Positions 20,069-29,713 of a stretch of 64,000 nucleotides of DNA are shown one piece after another. Position numbers and translations under genes: made by a program. The notes beneath the pieces are model-generated. The model was not told the origin of the DNA. It saw nothing but the letters and a program-made list of their open reading frames with translations, and searched no databases. The stretch is from the IMG/VR virus record IMGVR_UViG_3300009181_000033, positions 186,001 through 250,000 of that record, one strand, 5' to 3'. Position 1 is the first letter of the stretch; the number at the start of each line of letters is the position of its first letter.

Positions 20069-21514
20069 CTATACGATGCTCGAGTGAGATTCACTCATTC
20101 CATTTAAAGAATTTTTCTTTGAAGAGAACTCCCCTTTGAGCTCCTTCCATTTTGCTCTCAGGGCCTGCTTTTGTGTTTCCTCATCAGAAGCCGTGACTGT
20201 CTCTGGGGCATCGGCTGTTCCAACAATTTCAAACATACTCTTGGCGGTATTCATCTTGATTGGATAAACCAAGCCGTCCCTTCCTGCTCGATTCTTTGCA
20301 ACATAAAGTCTCCCCCACCCAGAAGCCTTCTCATGAGGGCGTCTAGATACAGAGACAATAACATCACAAATCATAGCTTTGCCATAAGCTTCTGACATAT
20401 TTGTCATGTCGATTACTTCGCTATTGGCGCCTTCTTTGTTCGACTGTGATGCTGTCCAAATCGGTATTCCAATCTCCATCGCTAGCCCACGCAACTCTTC
20501 ATAAACAAGTTTAAGCTCATGTCTTAGAGAATCGAACTGCCGTGATGACCTCATGATGTCTGCATAATCAATAATAACAAGATCAGGTTTGAATCCTTTT
20601 AAGTCAAGTCTTTCTATGTGTGACTTGATGGTGTAAATGGAAGCTGTGTTTGTGGGATATTCCTTGATGTAAAGTCGACCAAGGTTCATGTCCTTATATT
20701 TGGCAACAACTTCATCTTTGCGATCCATAACCTCGTTCGAATCTATGTCGCAAAGATTGGAATCGTATCGAATACCGACGGCTGTTTCGGAAAGCTCAAA
20801 GGTGTAGTGAAGAACATTCTTACCTTCACGAAGAGCATTAGCACCAATCATAGTCAGCCAGTGAGACTTGCCGCTGCCGCTGGCACCAACGACACAGAGA
20901 AGTTCGCCCTTACCACTGCCTCCATTTAAGATTTCCTTCTTGTCCAGCTCGGCAAGTCTTGTGGGAATAGTGTCACGCTTTAGCTTGGTGAAGCGTGCAT
21001 CCATTTCATTGAAAAAGTCATGGCCGACGGATGGAGCTGTGCCGACTTGAACAGCCTTCTTGATTGTCTCTACGATAGATTCATACTTGTTTTCCTGCAT
21101 CTGGTCGACGGCAGACTCAAGAGCCTTCTTCAGAGCTTGCTTCCTGCAAAACTCTAGAGACTTGTCCTTGACGTACTGGAGATCGCCGGGATCGGGATTT
21201 GTCCTCATTCTCTGAAGGTAATCAACGATTTGATCACGCAAAATGAGATCGGTGCCGGCCTTGAGATCGTCTTTGATGATGGTAACAAGGAGCTGTAGAG
21301 TTGGGAATACCTTGTACTTCTTTGAATAGGAAAAATATCTGTCGGCCAAGAACTTGAGATAGTTGAGCTCAAAATATGAGACGTCAACAACTTCCATCAT
21401 CTGCTCGGCCCATTTATGATCGGTCAATAAAGCCTGTCCAAGCTTTTCTTGGAACGACTTACCAAATTGGCCGAATGAAACACCATTTGAATTTACGCGA
21501 TCATTTTCTGACAT
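20069..21514 (-). CDS. Replicative SF4 helicase (DnaB/gp41-like)
   Basis: GASGSGKS, IIDYAD, WTASQ, KNRAG. Confidence 0.9.
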   Translation of the reverse strand: MSENDRVNSNGVSFGQFGKSFQEKLGQALLTDHKWAEQMMEVVDVSYFELNYLKFLADRYFSYSKKYKVFPTLQLLVTIIKDDLKAGTDLILRDQIVDYLQRMRTNPDPGDLQYVKDKSLEFCRKQALKKALESAVDQMQENKYESIVETIKKAVQVGTAPSVGHDFFNEMDARFTKLKRDTIPTRLAELDKKEILNGGSGKGELLCVVGASGSGKSHWLTMIGANALREGKNVLHYTFELSETAVGIRYDSNLCDIDSNEVMDRKDEVVAKYKDMNLGRLYIKEYPTNTASIYTIKSHIERLDLKGFKPDLVIIDYADIMRSSRQFDSLRHELKLVYEELRGLAMEIGIPIWTASQSNKEGANSEVIDMTNMSEAYGKAMICDVIVSVSRRPHEKASGWGRLYVAKNRAGRDGLVYPIKMNTAKSMFEIVGTADAPETVTASDEETQKQALRAKWKELKGEFSSKKNSLNGMSESHSSIV

Positions 21515-22485
21515 TAGTTTTTCTCCGAAAGGAACTTAACACCCTCAACACACGACAAATCATAAAAGAAACCTTCAGTGTCGAAGTCATTAATTCCTTC
21601 CTTGACAAGATGCTTAATTAAACCCATTTTATCAACCTTTGGCACAAATGTACTAACTACATTTTCTACCTTCATTACTTGATCAGCCGAAAGCATGCTG
21701 CCATCCAAGTGCACCAGCTTCCAATTCCTCCTGATTTCATCCGCAGACTCAACAACCTTCTTGTAGGAGGAATTCTCCGAAGAATGACTGGCAGCATAAT
21801 CTATCAACTCTTGTAAAAGTATTTCCCTATCTCCTCCCAAAAATGGGAACTTAGTCGCAGTTGTCTTGAAGCCAAATCCTTTTATTCCTGGAATGTTGTC
21901 CGACACATCGCCACAGAGGCACTTTGCCAAAGCGAAATTGTGAGGTTTGACCCTAAATTCTTCGAATATGTCGTCGGGGACGATTAACTTCCTCTTATGC
22001 AGTGAATAAATCTTCGTGCTGTCATTCAACAACTGATACATGTCCTTATCAGAGGAAACGATGATCTTTTGCTGGTCGCCCAATGGTCCTCTGCAAAGAT
22101 ATGACACAACATCATCTCCTTCACAATCAGACACATAAATCTGACAGACAGGAATGGTTTTTAGCGCAGCCAGCAAACTGAAGAGCTGATATTGCTTATT
22201 CTCGTCCGTGTCAGGTATGTCGTCCTGATAGAAGCGATTGAGCTTCTCTGGCTTTTTATTCATCTTGTACTCAGGATATATTTTTCTGCGCCTTTGGGAA
22301 CCTCCACCTTCCCAGGCAACATACACCTTGGACGGCTGAAATTCCCGACACAGCCTCTGTAACGTCTTCATGAAGCCTACGCAACCTCCCATTTGATGAC
22401 CGTGGGACGACATTTGTGGATAGGCAGAGTATGACCTCACGAAAAGGTTGTAACCATCGATAATAAAAACGGGACGGTCGCTCAT
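21514..22485 (-). CDS. 5'-3' exonuclease / flap endonuclease
   Basis: IIDGYNLF, YPEYK, EGDDV, SSDKDMYQL, GDVSDNIPGIKGFG. Confidence 0.92.
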   Translation of the reverse strand: MSDRPVFIIDGYNLFVRSYSAYPQMSSHGHQMGGCVGFMKTLQRLCREFQPSKVYVAWEGGGSQRRRKIYPEYKMNKKPEKLNRFYQDDIPDTDENKQYQLFSLLAALKTIPVCQIYVSDCEGDDVVSYLCRGPLGDQQKIIVSSDKDMYQLLNDSTKIYSLHKRKLIVPDDIFEEFRVKPHNFALAKCLCGDVSDNIPGIKGFGFKTTATKFPFLGGDREILLQELIDYAASHSSENSSYKKVVESADEIRRNWKLVHLDGSMLSADQVMKVENVVSTFVPKVDKMGLIKHLVKEGINDFDTEGFFYDLSCVEGVKFLSEKN

Positions 22486-22520
22486 GGGTTCAAATTATTC
22501 CATGAGCGACCGTCAGTACA
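22473..22520 (-). promoter_or_regulatory. Start-occluding hairpin overlapping a sigma70-like promoter
   Basis: 15-bp perfect IR GACGGTCGCTCATGG/CCATGAGCGACCGTC (22473-22487/22500-22514); TGTACT-17-TAATTT-6-ATG. Confidence 0.75.
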
Positions 22521-22531
22521 ACAATCAATTT

Positions 22532-23533
22532 TTAAAGAATTTGAGATGCGATTAAGCAACCTCTGGCGACCGCATGGAGTGGATCCGACGCTTGACGCAC
22601 TATTTTCACAGGTAATGGAAAACCATTTTCTTTTAATTTCTTTTCAAAGTGAGTCACAAAACCTTTCGCCTTGGTCGTACCACCGGCAATAACAACCGGC
22701 AGGGGATCCTTAAATTTGGGTAGAGACTTATGGTCTTGCATTGCAGCAACCAATTGTTTAGCGGTATAGTCAATCAATCTATCATAATAGGTTGCGACAG
22801 CCGAAAGAACCTGGTTTTCATTCTGTTTTCCAACGGCAAAATCACCATTTTCTTTCTCAGCCTGAACAACCGAGTCGGTCTCGCCTGTGGCCACGGCAGA
22901 CATTCTATCAACCCAATCCCCGCTCTTTGTTGTTGAAAATTTTGTAATAGGTTCTCCGGCAAGCATCACACAAACATTAACCATACCGGCACCCCAAGAC
23001 AGAGCAACACCCGTGTATTCGTCATCAGAGAGCTCCGAGTAACAGAGGGCCTCGGCCTCATTAATTGATCTAGAATCGTAACCATTCTCTTCAAGGATCT
23101 TTTTTACAACATCCTCGTGATAACCGACATCAAAATCATCGTCTTCCTGATCAACAGGTTGTGCAGGAACACAAAACACAAGTTTTTCGCCTTTTTTCGC
23201 TGCCTTACCGGCAACTTCTTTCAAAATATATGAGAGGATTCTCCTAGCGTCTTTTTCCTTGGAAGAAACTACACCGCGATACATTGGCCTCTTTGCCGAA
23301 TCATTCCTTTCAACGGCTTTTTCAATTGCATCCTTTCCTAAGATGATGAAAGAACCGTCTGAATCCTTCACGTAATTTTTGCCTGCAAGACCTTTTTCTA
23401 TCATTTTTGTAGCGATAGGAGTAGATGGTTTGATGATGTAAAAAGCATCCCTGAAATCTTTATATTCAACGCCACCATCTGTCTCCGACGCTAAAACTAT
23501 AAAAGAAGTTCCAACATCCAATCCTTTAGACAT
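22532..23533 (-). CDS. Actin-fold ATPase (MreB/MamK/FtsA-like)
   Basis: GLDVGTS, INEAEA, SWGAGM, VIAGGTT, DPLHAVARG. Confidence 0.85.
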   Translation of the reverse strand: MSKGLDVGTSFIVLASETDGGVEYKDFRDAFYIIKPSTPIATKMIEKGLAGKNYVKDSDGSFIILGKDAIEKAVERNDSAKRPMYRGVVSSKEKDARRILSYILKEVAGKAAKKGEKLVFCVPAQPVDQEDDDFDVGYHEDVVKKILEENGYDSRSINEAEALCYSELSDDEYTGVALSWGAGMVNVCVMLAGEPITKFSTTKSGDWVDRMSAVATGETDSVVQAEKENGDFAVGKQNENQVLSAVATYYDRLIDYTAKQLVAAMQDHKSLPKFKDPLPVVIAGGTTKAKGFVTHFEKKLKENGFPLPVKIVRQASDPLHAVARGCLIASQIL

Positions 23534-23540
23534 AAAAAAA

Positions 23541-23852
23541 TTAACCCTTTCGATTTTTTAATCTTGATAACTTATCAGCAGCACTAAGTATGTCATCACT
23601 AGATTTCGTCACAGTTCCCAGCTTTTCACTCGGGGCATCGAAAGAATCAGTGGACACATTCGTTACAAATTTTCTATCGTCTATTTCTATTTTTGGTTTT
23701 TCTAATTTTTCTCTTCCCTTGGGTGGCGAAAATGAAATTAGGGGATTGTCGACTTGGGTATTTTCTTTTCGCAAATAAGATATGACTATATCAAATCTGC
23801 CCACAGCATAACCAAGCACAAAACCAGTAAAGAAACAAAACATTAATTCCAA
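23541..23852 (-). CDS. Small protein with N-terminal membrane anchor
   Basis: Hydrophobic N-terminus then charged tail; GAGGTG RBS before TTG. Confidence 0.6.
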   Translation of the reverse strand: MELMFCFFTGFVLGYAVGRFDIVISYLRKENTQVDNPLISFSPPKGREKLEKPKIEIDDRKFVTNVSTDSFDAPSEKLGTVTKSSDDILSAADKLSRLKNRKG

Positions 23853-23856
23853 AACT

Positions 23857-24312
23857 TCACCTCACTCCCGTGCTGCCAAACCCACCAATGCCCCTATCAG
23901 TGTCAGACAGCTTTTCACTTTTCAAGAAAGCCACCCTAATGACTTCGCTAAAAACAAGTTGAGCAATCCTGTCGCCTTTTTTTATAAAGAAGTCTTGGGC
24001 GCTTGTGTTGTAAAGAATGACCTTGATCTCACCAGTATAGTCGCTATCAATTGTTCCCGGGCTATTGAGAACAGTGATACCGTGCTTTGCCGCTAATCCA
24101 CTTCGAGGTCTTACCTGGCCCTCAAGCCCTTCCGGAATCTCAAGTCTGAGACCTGTTCCAATGAGACAACTGGCACCGGCAGGAACATTCGAATCTTCAC
24201 TGGCTCTCAGATCACATCCGGATGCCCCTTTTGTTGCGTAATGTGGAAGCAATGTATCGTCTTCAATAATATAACCAACAAATGCTAGCCTGGTGTCACT
24301 CATCTGTGTCAT
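23857..24312 (-). CDS. dut: Trimeric dUTPase
   Basis: ASGCDL, RPRSGLA, GTIDSDYTGE, GDRIAQL, RGIGGFGSTG. Confidence 0.95.
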   Translation of the reverse strand: MTQMSDTRLAFVGYIIEDDTLLPHYATKGASGCDLRASEDSNVPAGASCLIGTGLRLEIPEGLEGQVRPRSGLAAKHGITVLNSPGTIDSDYTGEIKVILYNTSAQDFFIKKGDRIAQLVFSEVIRVAFLKSEKLSDTDRGIGGFGSTGVR

Positions 24313-25249
24313 ATTCCTCCTCCTCGTTATTCTCAGTAGCACTGGCACCTGTGTTTATGATGAGAGCTTCATCGACGGCCATCATCACATACTTGTGGTA
24401 CTTTTCGTCCTTCATTACGCTAGCGAACTCAGCCTTATAGAATTTCTTCTCTGCAACGACCTCGCCAGTTTTTTCGTCCGTAACGGTGAGCTCCTTCCAA
24501 GCACCTTCACCCGAAATATTCACCCTAACACCGTTACGAACAACGCCTTTGTTTTCCTTACAATACGACTTTACCTCGTCGAAGAGGTACTCGCCTTCGA
24601 CAATTCCCTTGCCAAATATAATGTCGAATTCACACTTGCGGAACGGTGCTGCAACCTTATTCTTCTTGATAGTAACCGTGGTATGAATTCCAATTACGTT
24701 GCCGGCCTTGTCCTTCACTGGATTACCACTACCAAGAGATATCCTCACTGAAGAATGGAAAGGAATTGCCTTTCCACCGGGTGTTACAGTGGGGTCACCG
24801 TACATGGTATTGTGGGAAAGAATTCCATTTGAGAAATAAGAATGTGAATTCTCGACTTCAATATCAAGAATGTCTGTTTGCTGATTTAAATGAACAATTT
24901 TAGCATATGTCCACCCAAGATCCTGATGAAAGAATTGAACATTTTCACAATCAACTAAAGCTATCGCTTCAACCCAGTGGGGCTTTGAACCACCAACACA
25001 AACCCAAAATCTATGAAGAGGAGAAACATTAAGATTGAACTCTTCAATTCTATAAATGTCAGTACAAGACTTTCTGACTATGTTTTTGATCAATTCCCAG
25101 CCCTTGTTGCCATAAGAATCCTGGGTAAAAACTTCGTAACCATGGTTCTCAACATTAACCGGTTCATCAAAGGGCATTTCTTCATAAGAAGAGCCCATAC
25201 TTTCAAATAGCTTAGAAATCGAAATTTGTTCTTGATTCGTGTAGCTCAT
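24296..25249 (-). CDS. recA: RecA C-terminal piece preceded by 147-aa IntC
   Basis: VSPLHRF, DIEVENSHSYFSNGILSHN|TMYGDPTVTPGGKAIPFHSSVRI..KNKVAAPFR. Confidence 0.92.
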   Translation of the reverse strand: MSYTNQEQISISKLFESMGSSYEEMPFDEPVNVENHGYEVFTQDSYGNKGWELIKNIVRKSCTDIYRIEEFNLNVSPLHRFWVCVGGSKPHWVEAIALVDCENVQFFHQDLGWTYAKIVHLNQQTDILDIEVENSHSYFSNGILSHNTMYGDPTVTPGGKAIPFHSSVRISLGSGNPVKDKAGNVIGIHTTVTIKKNKVAAPFRKCEFDIIFGKGIVEGEYLFDEVKSYCKENKGVVRNGVRVNISGEGAWKELTVTDEKTGEVVAEKKFYKAEFASVMKDEKYHKYVMMAVDEALIINTGASATENNEEEEYDTDE

Positions 25250-25433
25250 ATTCTCTTATCTTTCCCAAAATCCAATCTTTGGAATTGGAGTCTTTCTTTC
25301 TGATATCGTTTTCCCACACAGTGATCAATTTGTATCCTTTAATTTTAGCGCAAGATTTTTTTGCAAAATCCCTTCGCATTAGCTTCTTTTGCATGTAAAG
25401 CATTTCTTTTCCATGCAAATAAGCATCAATCAA
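25212..25433 (-). pseudogene. C-terminal remnant of a Vsr/DUF559-like endonuclease between RecA halves
   Basis: AKIKGYKLITVWENDI aligns with AKENGYKYFFFWEHDI of 18192-19151; catalytic core absent. Confidence 0.7.
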
Positions 25434-25439
25434 GTTTGA

Positions 25440-26171
25440 TTATGCCACCCTTTTTCTCACAGTTAGTTGAGTGCTTGGGCCAACACAACCAATTTTTTCT
25501 CGAATTTGATTAAGGCAGAGAAGAGTGACGTTGTTCTGACCAATGACTCCGGTGATCTTGCGCATGCCTTTTGAGATAACTCGGGCCTGCAGACCGATCG
25601 TATTGTCTTCATATTCACCGTCAAGCTCGGCCTTGGGTGAAGTGGCTGCGACCGAATCCCAAATAACAAGAATAGGAATGTTCTTGTCCAGGACTTGTTT
25701 GGCTTTGAGAATAGTCGACTCAATAATTGAGAAGACTTCCTCGGTCATATGAGAATCACAATAAACGAATCTCTTCTTCACGTCGATGCCCATGTCGGCA
25801 AGCTTCTGGACAGGCGTGGCATTCTCCGTGTCGATGTATACAACCAGCCCACCCATTGCTTGGGTGACTGCTGCAGCGTGATAAGCCAAGTGCGACTTAC
25901 CGCAAGAAGGAGGGCCTGAAATTTCAATAATCCTCCCTTCTGGATATCCTCCAGATGTCGTGTTCCTGATTGCATAATTTAGCTGAATGGAGCCCGTATC
26001 AATCCAGCGCTTCACAACAGTTGGTGCATCCATTTCGGAGAGATTGAAGGCAATCCTTGAGCCAAATTCCTTGTTGATGGACGATATGAGGTCCTTCATC
26101 ATGTCGTCAACATCGCCTTTTTTAGTAAGCTGAAATCCCTCAGGGTCTACTGTTTTTTCTTTTTTTGCCAT
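25440..26171 (-). CDS. recA: RecA N-terminal piece ending in 15-aa IntN
   Basis: GRIIEISGPPSCGKS, YIDTE, WDSVAA, GLQARVISKGMRK, LNQIREKIG|CVGPSTQLTVRKRVA-stop. Confidence 0.92.
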   Translation of the reverse strand: MAKKEKTVDPEGFQLTKKGDVDDMMKDLISSINKEFGSRIAFNLSEMDAPTVVKRWIDTGSIQLNYAIRNTTSGGYPEGRIIEISGPPSCGKSHLAYHAAAVTQAMGGLVVYIDTENATPVQKLADMGIDVKKRFVYCDSHMTEEVFSIIESTILKAKQVLDKNIPILVIWDSVAATSPKAELDGEYEDNTIGLQARVISKGMRKITGVIGQNNVTLLCLNQIREKIGCVGPSTQLTVRKRVA

Positions 26172-26203
26172 TTTTCCTCAAAAATATTTTATTCAAAACG
26201 AAC

Positions 26204-26226
26204 GGGGCGGGTTCTTCGCCCGCCCC
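26204..26226 (-). terminator. Hairpin/terminator after SSB gene
   Basis: GGGGCGGG/CCCGCCCC stem followed by TTCGTTTT on minus strand. Confidence 0.65.
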
Positions 26227-26233
26227 TTCACTC

Positions 26234-27085
26234 TCACTCGTCGTCCATTAGCTCTGCGAAAGCGTCGTCAAGCGATTGTTTCTTTGTGCTTGGCTTTGCC
26301 GCAACTGGCTCTGACTTCTTTGGTGCTGGCACCTTTTTCTCGGTCGGCTTCAGCTCAGCAGCAAGATTATCGAGCTCATCAGAAGAAGTTGGTCCACGTG
26401 ATGTTCCGGCATTCGTGTCCTCAGAAGCTGTGTCACCACTTAGCCAGCTATTGAGAACTGCCTCGATCTCAGAAGGAGACTTGATGGGATACATATCGTC
26501 AATATTTGGAATCGACTCAAGCCACTTAGAGCTCACTGAATGATCATCATGTAGCTTCGTCGGCCTCCGGGCCGGATCGACCATCGTATCCATGAACTGC
26601 TTTCCTGGTGCCTGAGACAGCGTCACCTTTAGATCAAAGCCTTCAGCAGGTGAGAGAATGTCTCCAACCTCTTCGTCAAGGAAGAAGCTCAACATCCTCT
26701 GGTAAACAATCTTACCGAAGGACCAAACAAGAACACCTTGATCCTCCTGACCACGGACAATGACTGGGGCATAACATCGCATCTTGGGAGCGAGCTTCTT
26801 AGCAAGAACCCTGTCATCAGGCTTGCCACTGCTGTAAAGTTTGCGAATCAGATCATGGATAGGATCTGGCTTTCCAAACTGATTGGGTGCAAGGATGCCC
26901 TTATTCTCACCAAGGTAATAGAACCACCTCTCGAGGAAAGGCTGTCCGTCACCTGAATTCTTCCAAGGGAGACACCGAATCTTGTGCTCTCCAACCTTCG
27001 GCTTCCACATCTGGACCGAAGACGTCCTCTTGACACCGCTTAGCTCCGCAACACGACGCTTAATTGCCTCTAGATCAATAGCCAT
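26234..27085 (-). CDS. ssDNA-binding protein (gp32-like)
   Basis: WKP..KIRCLP, EGFDLKV, acidic tail LDDAFAELMDDE; next to recA. Confidence 0.8.
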   Translation of the reverse strand: MAIDLEAIKRRVAELSGVKRTSSVQMWKPKVGEHKIRCLPWKNSGDGQPFLERWFYYLGENKGILAPNQFGKPDPIHDLIRKLYSSGKPDDRVLAKKLAPKMRCYAPVIVRGQEDQGVLVWSFGKIVYQRMLSFFLDEEVGDILSPAEGFDLKVTLSQAPGKQFMDTMVDPARRPTKLHDDHSVSSKWLESIPNIDDMYPIKSPSEIEAVLNSWLSGDTASEDTNAGTSRGPTSSDELDNLAAELKPTEKKVPAPKKSEPVAAKPSTKKQSLDDAFAELMDDE

Positions 27086-27236
27086 ATTCCTATTCCTTAT
27101 CCTTATCCGCTGCAAAAATAAAGACTACACATCACCGCACCATGCGATATCGCATGCAGTCATTATTTACTTCCTCATCCTACTGTGCCGCTTTGCAGTT
27201 TGTCTAAACTGCCCTGCTTGTTTTTTCACAAGTGAA

Positions 27237-27521
27237 TTACTTCCATGTGACGAAGTTCTTCTTTTTCTTCTTCAGCTTGCCACCAGGAGAAACAGGATCT
27301 TTGCCCATGTCCTCAGCACCAGCACCAAGCGGACCTGTGAAACCAGCAACGCCGCCGGCAACGCTCATTTCATCCACTTCCTCTTCCTTGTCCTTGGTTT
27401 TTTCTTCCGAGTCCTTTGATTTCCGATTTGACTTTGATGGAATTAGCTGGTTTGGCGCACGGGGATTGTTGATCTCCGTGGCCAAAATCTCAGCTATGTA
27501 TTTCCTAAGCACTTCGTTCAT
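27237..27521 (-). CDS. Small hypothetical protein
   Basis: MNEVLRKYIAE; ATATTTA 5 nt upstream. Confidence 0.6.
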   Translation of the reverse strand: MNEVLRKYIAEILATEINNPRAPNQLIPSKSNRKSKDSEEKTKDKEEEVDEMSVAGGVAGFTGPLGAGAEDMGKDPVSPGGKLKKKKKNFVTWK

Positions 27522-27537
27522 GGAAATAAATATTCGC

Positions 27538-28131
27538 TCAAGCCAAAAGTCCCTTTTCTTGTTTCGTAGAAATAAGATCCGCGATGTGAACGATGTCTGC
27601 CAACATGGGCTCCTTCATCTTATAAGGAGCATTCTCATCTGCATACTGTCCATCATTGAGCTTAATCGACAACCACTCATCCTGAGACAGCTTGAGGCCA
27701 AAATGTTGACACAACCAAACTCCACGATCAGGTACAGTCATGTACATGATCTCCTTGTTGTGCTTATACATCTCACCAAGTTTGTCACGGTGCCAATCGG
27801 AATCCTGAGGAACGTAGTAATCATTCTCATGATCGCCCACCTTTCCAAGGTCGTGAAGAAGACAACCAATGATCAAAGACTCCTTTGAAACTTGCCAAGA
27901 AAATGACTTAACCAGCCTCATTGCATTCATGAGAACGCGGAGCGAATGGTCAACCAGGCCGCCAGGCTCAGCCAGGTGAAAATCTTTGCGTGAACTGGCG
28001 GGACACAAAGCAAGGCGCTCGCCGAGGTGGTCAACCAGAGCGAGCGCAGCTTCAGATCGATCTCCCAACTTCTCCATGAAAGAACGATACTTGTCAAAAT
28101 TAGATGCAATGTCTTCAGGTGATAGGCTCAT
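27538..28131 (-). CDS. HD-domain phosphohydrolase
   Basis: GGLVDHSLRV, LLHDLGKVG, HIADL. Confidence 0.85.
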   Translation of the reverse strand: MSLSPEDIASNFDKYRSFMEKLGDRSEAALALVDHLGERLALCPASSRKDFHLAEPGGLVDHSLRVLMNAMRLVKSFSWQVSKESLIIGCLLHDLGKVGDHENDYYVPQDSDWHRDKLGEMYKHNKEIMYMTVPDRGVWLCQHFGLKLSQDEWLSIKLNDGQYADENAPYKMKEPMLADIVHIADLISTKQEKGLLA

Positions 28132-28164
28132 GCAACATATGATATTATGTCACTTAAAGAATGT

Positions 28165-28416
28165 TCAATAGCTTCCATATGAAGAGCCAGAATAGCTGTC
28201 GGAATATTGATCAGCTGGCGCACTGTCGCCACTTTTCTTTAAGGAACTCTCGTACTTTGAACCACTTACAGGCCCATAATATTCCTCGTTGCCCATATCG
28301 TCTGTCAAATACAGATCGTCTCCCCTGCGAACGATCCTTGATCCGGAATATTCCAGCAGGGTCTTGGAAACTTCTTCTCTGATGATTCTTCTTAGTTGAT
28401 TGATCGAAATTCGCAT
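28165..28416 (-). CDS. Small hypothetical protein with shared N-terminal motif
   Basis: MRISINQLRRIIREEV..LLE. Confidence 0.65.
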   Translation of the reverse strand: MRISINQLRRIIREEVSKTLLEYSGSRIVRRGDDLYLTDDMGNEEYYGPVSGSKYESSLKKSGDSAPADQYSDSYSGSSYGSY

Positions 28417-28426
28417 GGCATATGTA

Positions 28427-29629
28427 TTATACCAACTCGAACTTTAAAGGAAAACGACATTCATATCCAGGGACTTCAATACTGCTTAATTCCTTGACTG
28501 ATTTCACCTTGTCGCCCCTAACATCAAGAATGATAGCATCGTGCAAAACGAATAATGGCCTGACACCATCTGTCCCAAGTGTCTGAACGACAGAATCAAA
28601 GCCCAGCATCGCCACATCGACACCCGTAGACTGGGCAAAAGTATTGATCAACAGATTATCGTTTCCTTCCTCGAGAAACAATGGTCGACCAAATCGATTC
28701 GTCAACTTCCCTTTAGATCGAAGTTCTTCCTTGAGTCTTGAACGCAAATCAGAGAGTCGGAAGTGTTCACCAATCAAATTAATGAATCGATCAACTTTTT
28801 CCTCCTGGACTTGGAGTCTGGCAATGAGGGCATTTCTCGAGATGCCATAAAGCTCGGCGATCACTGCAGTCTTCACCACATCACGAGAAACAGTGCCGCC
28901 AAACAATGCCTTGGAAATTTCTTCATAGAGATCCTCAGCAGGGGAAGACTTGCCGGCCTCTGCCAAGACCACCCTGACCTCGAGGGCACGAAAGTCAAGA
29001 GAACAAATAACACCATCTTCGAAGGCCGACTTCAACATGTTGCGACACTCTTTCTTTAGCGTCAACATATTGGGCCCATCCTCGACTGTCAAGCGACCGG
29101 TCCTCGTGCCGAATCGGTTATAAACGACCGGGCGTGCATAACCTGTCCGACCAGGCTTGAAGCTCTCTATCACCTGCGAATTCTGTTGAGACTCTGTGGA
29201 CAATTGCGTCCACCGCGAAACGTCTATCTTTGTAGGCTTCAAACTCCCAAGGAGTCGACTTCCTGCTGTCCAGGCAGCGTCATAGTAGTCGAAGGGTAGC
29301 TCCGAAAATACAGATGAGGTTTCATGCACAAGATTTTTAAAGTATTTTTGGTAGACATCGTGCGGCACCGCATGCTGCCACATGACAGGAAGATGGGAGC
29401 CAGATGTGACTATCGACATAGATTTGATATACTTTTCTGGTAGACCGGGCAGCTCAATGTTCAACAGCCTAAGGAGCGTGTCCATGCACCTTGAAGTGGA
29501 TGTCGACTTATATTCGCCCGAAAGGTGCCAAGACCCACGGGGGACAGAGTCAGACCACTGAAAACCACTTTCGATCACTAAATGCCTGGACGAACCAAGG
29601 ACCTTTGAATCGATGCAAAACTGGGACAT
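28427..29629 (-). CDS. Short family-A DNA polymerase-like protein
   Basis: TRTGRL, SLDFRALEVRV (motif A), RDVVK..LYG (B), QSTGVD, LHDAII (C); 400 aa. Confidence 0.8.
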   Translation of the reverse strand: MSQFCIDSKVLGSSRHLVIESGFQWSDSVPRGSWHLSGEYKSTSTSRCMDTLLRLLNIELPGLPEKYIKSMSIVTSGSHLPVMWQHAVPHDVYQKYFKNLVHETSSVFSELPFDYYDAAWTAGSRLLGSLKPTKIDVSRWTQLSTESQQNSQVIESFKPGRTGYARPVVYNRFGTRTGRLTVEDGPNMLTLKKECRNMLKSAFEDGVICSLDFRALEVRVVLAEAGKSSPAEDLYEEISKALFGGTVSRDVVKTAVIAELYGISRNALIARLQVQEEKVDRFINLIGEHFRLSDLRSRLKEELRSKGKLTNRFGRPLFLEEGNDNLLINTFAQSTGVDVAMLGFDSVVQTLGTDGVRPLFVLHDAIILDVRGDKVKSVKELSSIEVPGYECRFPLKFELV

Positions 29630-29713
29630 TTTTAAGATGATAATCCGCCTAGAAGCAAATTGACACCCTTAACCCAAAAATGATTTGACCACAATAAACC
29701 ACAATGAAATTTA

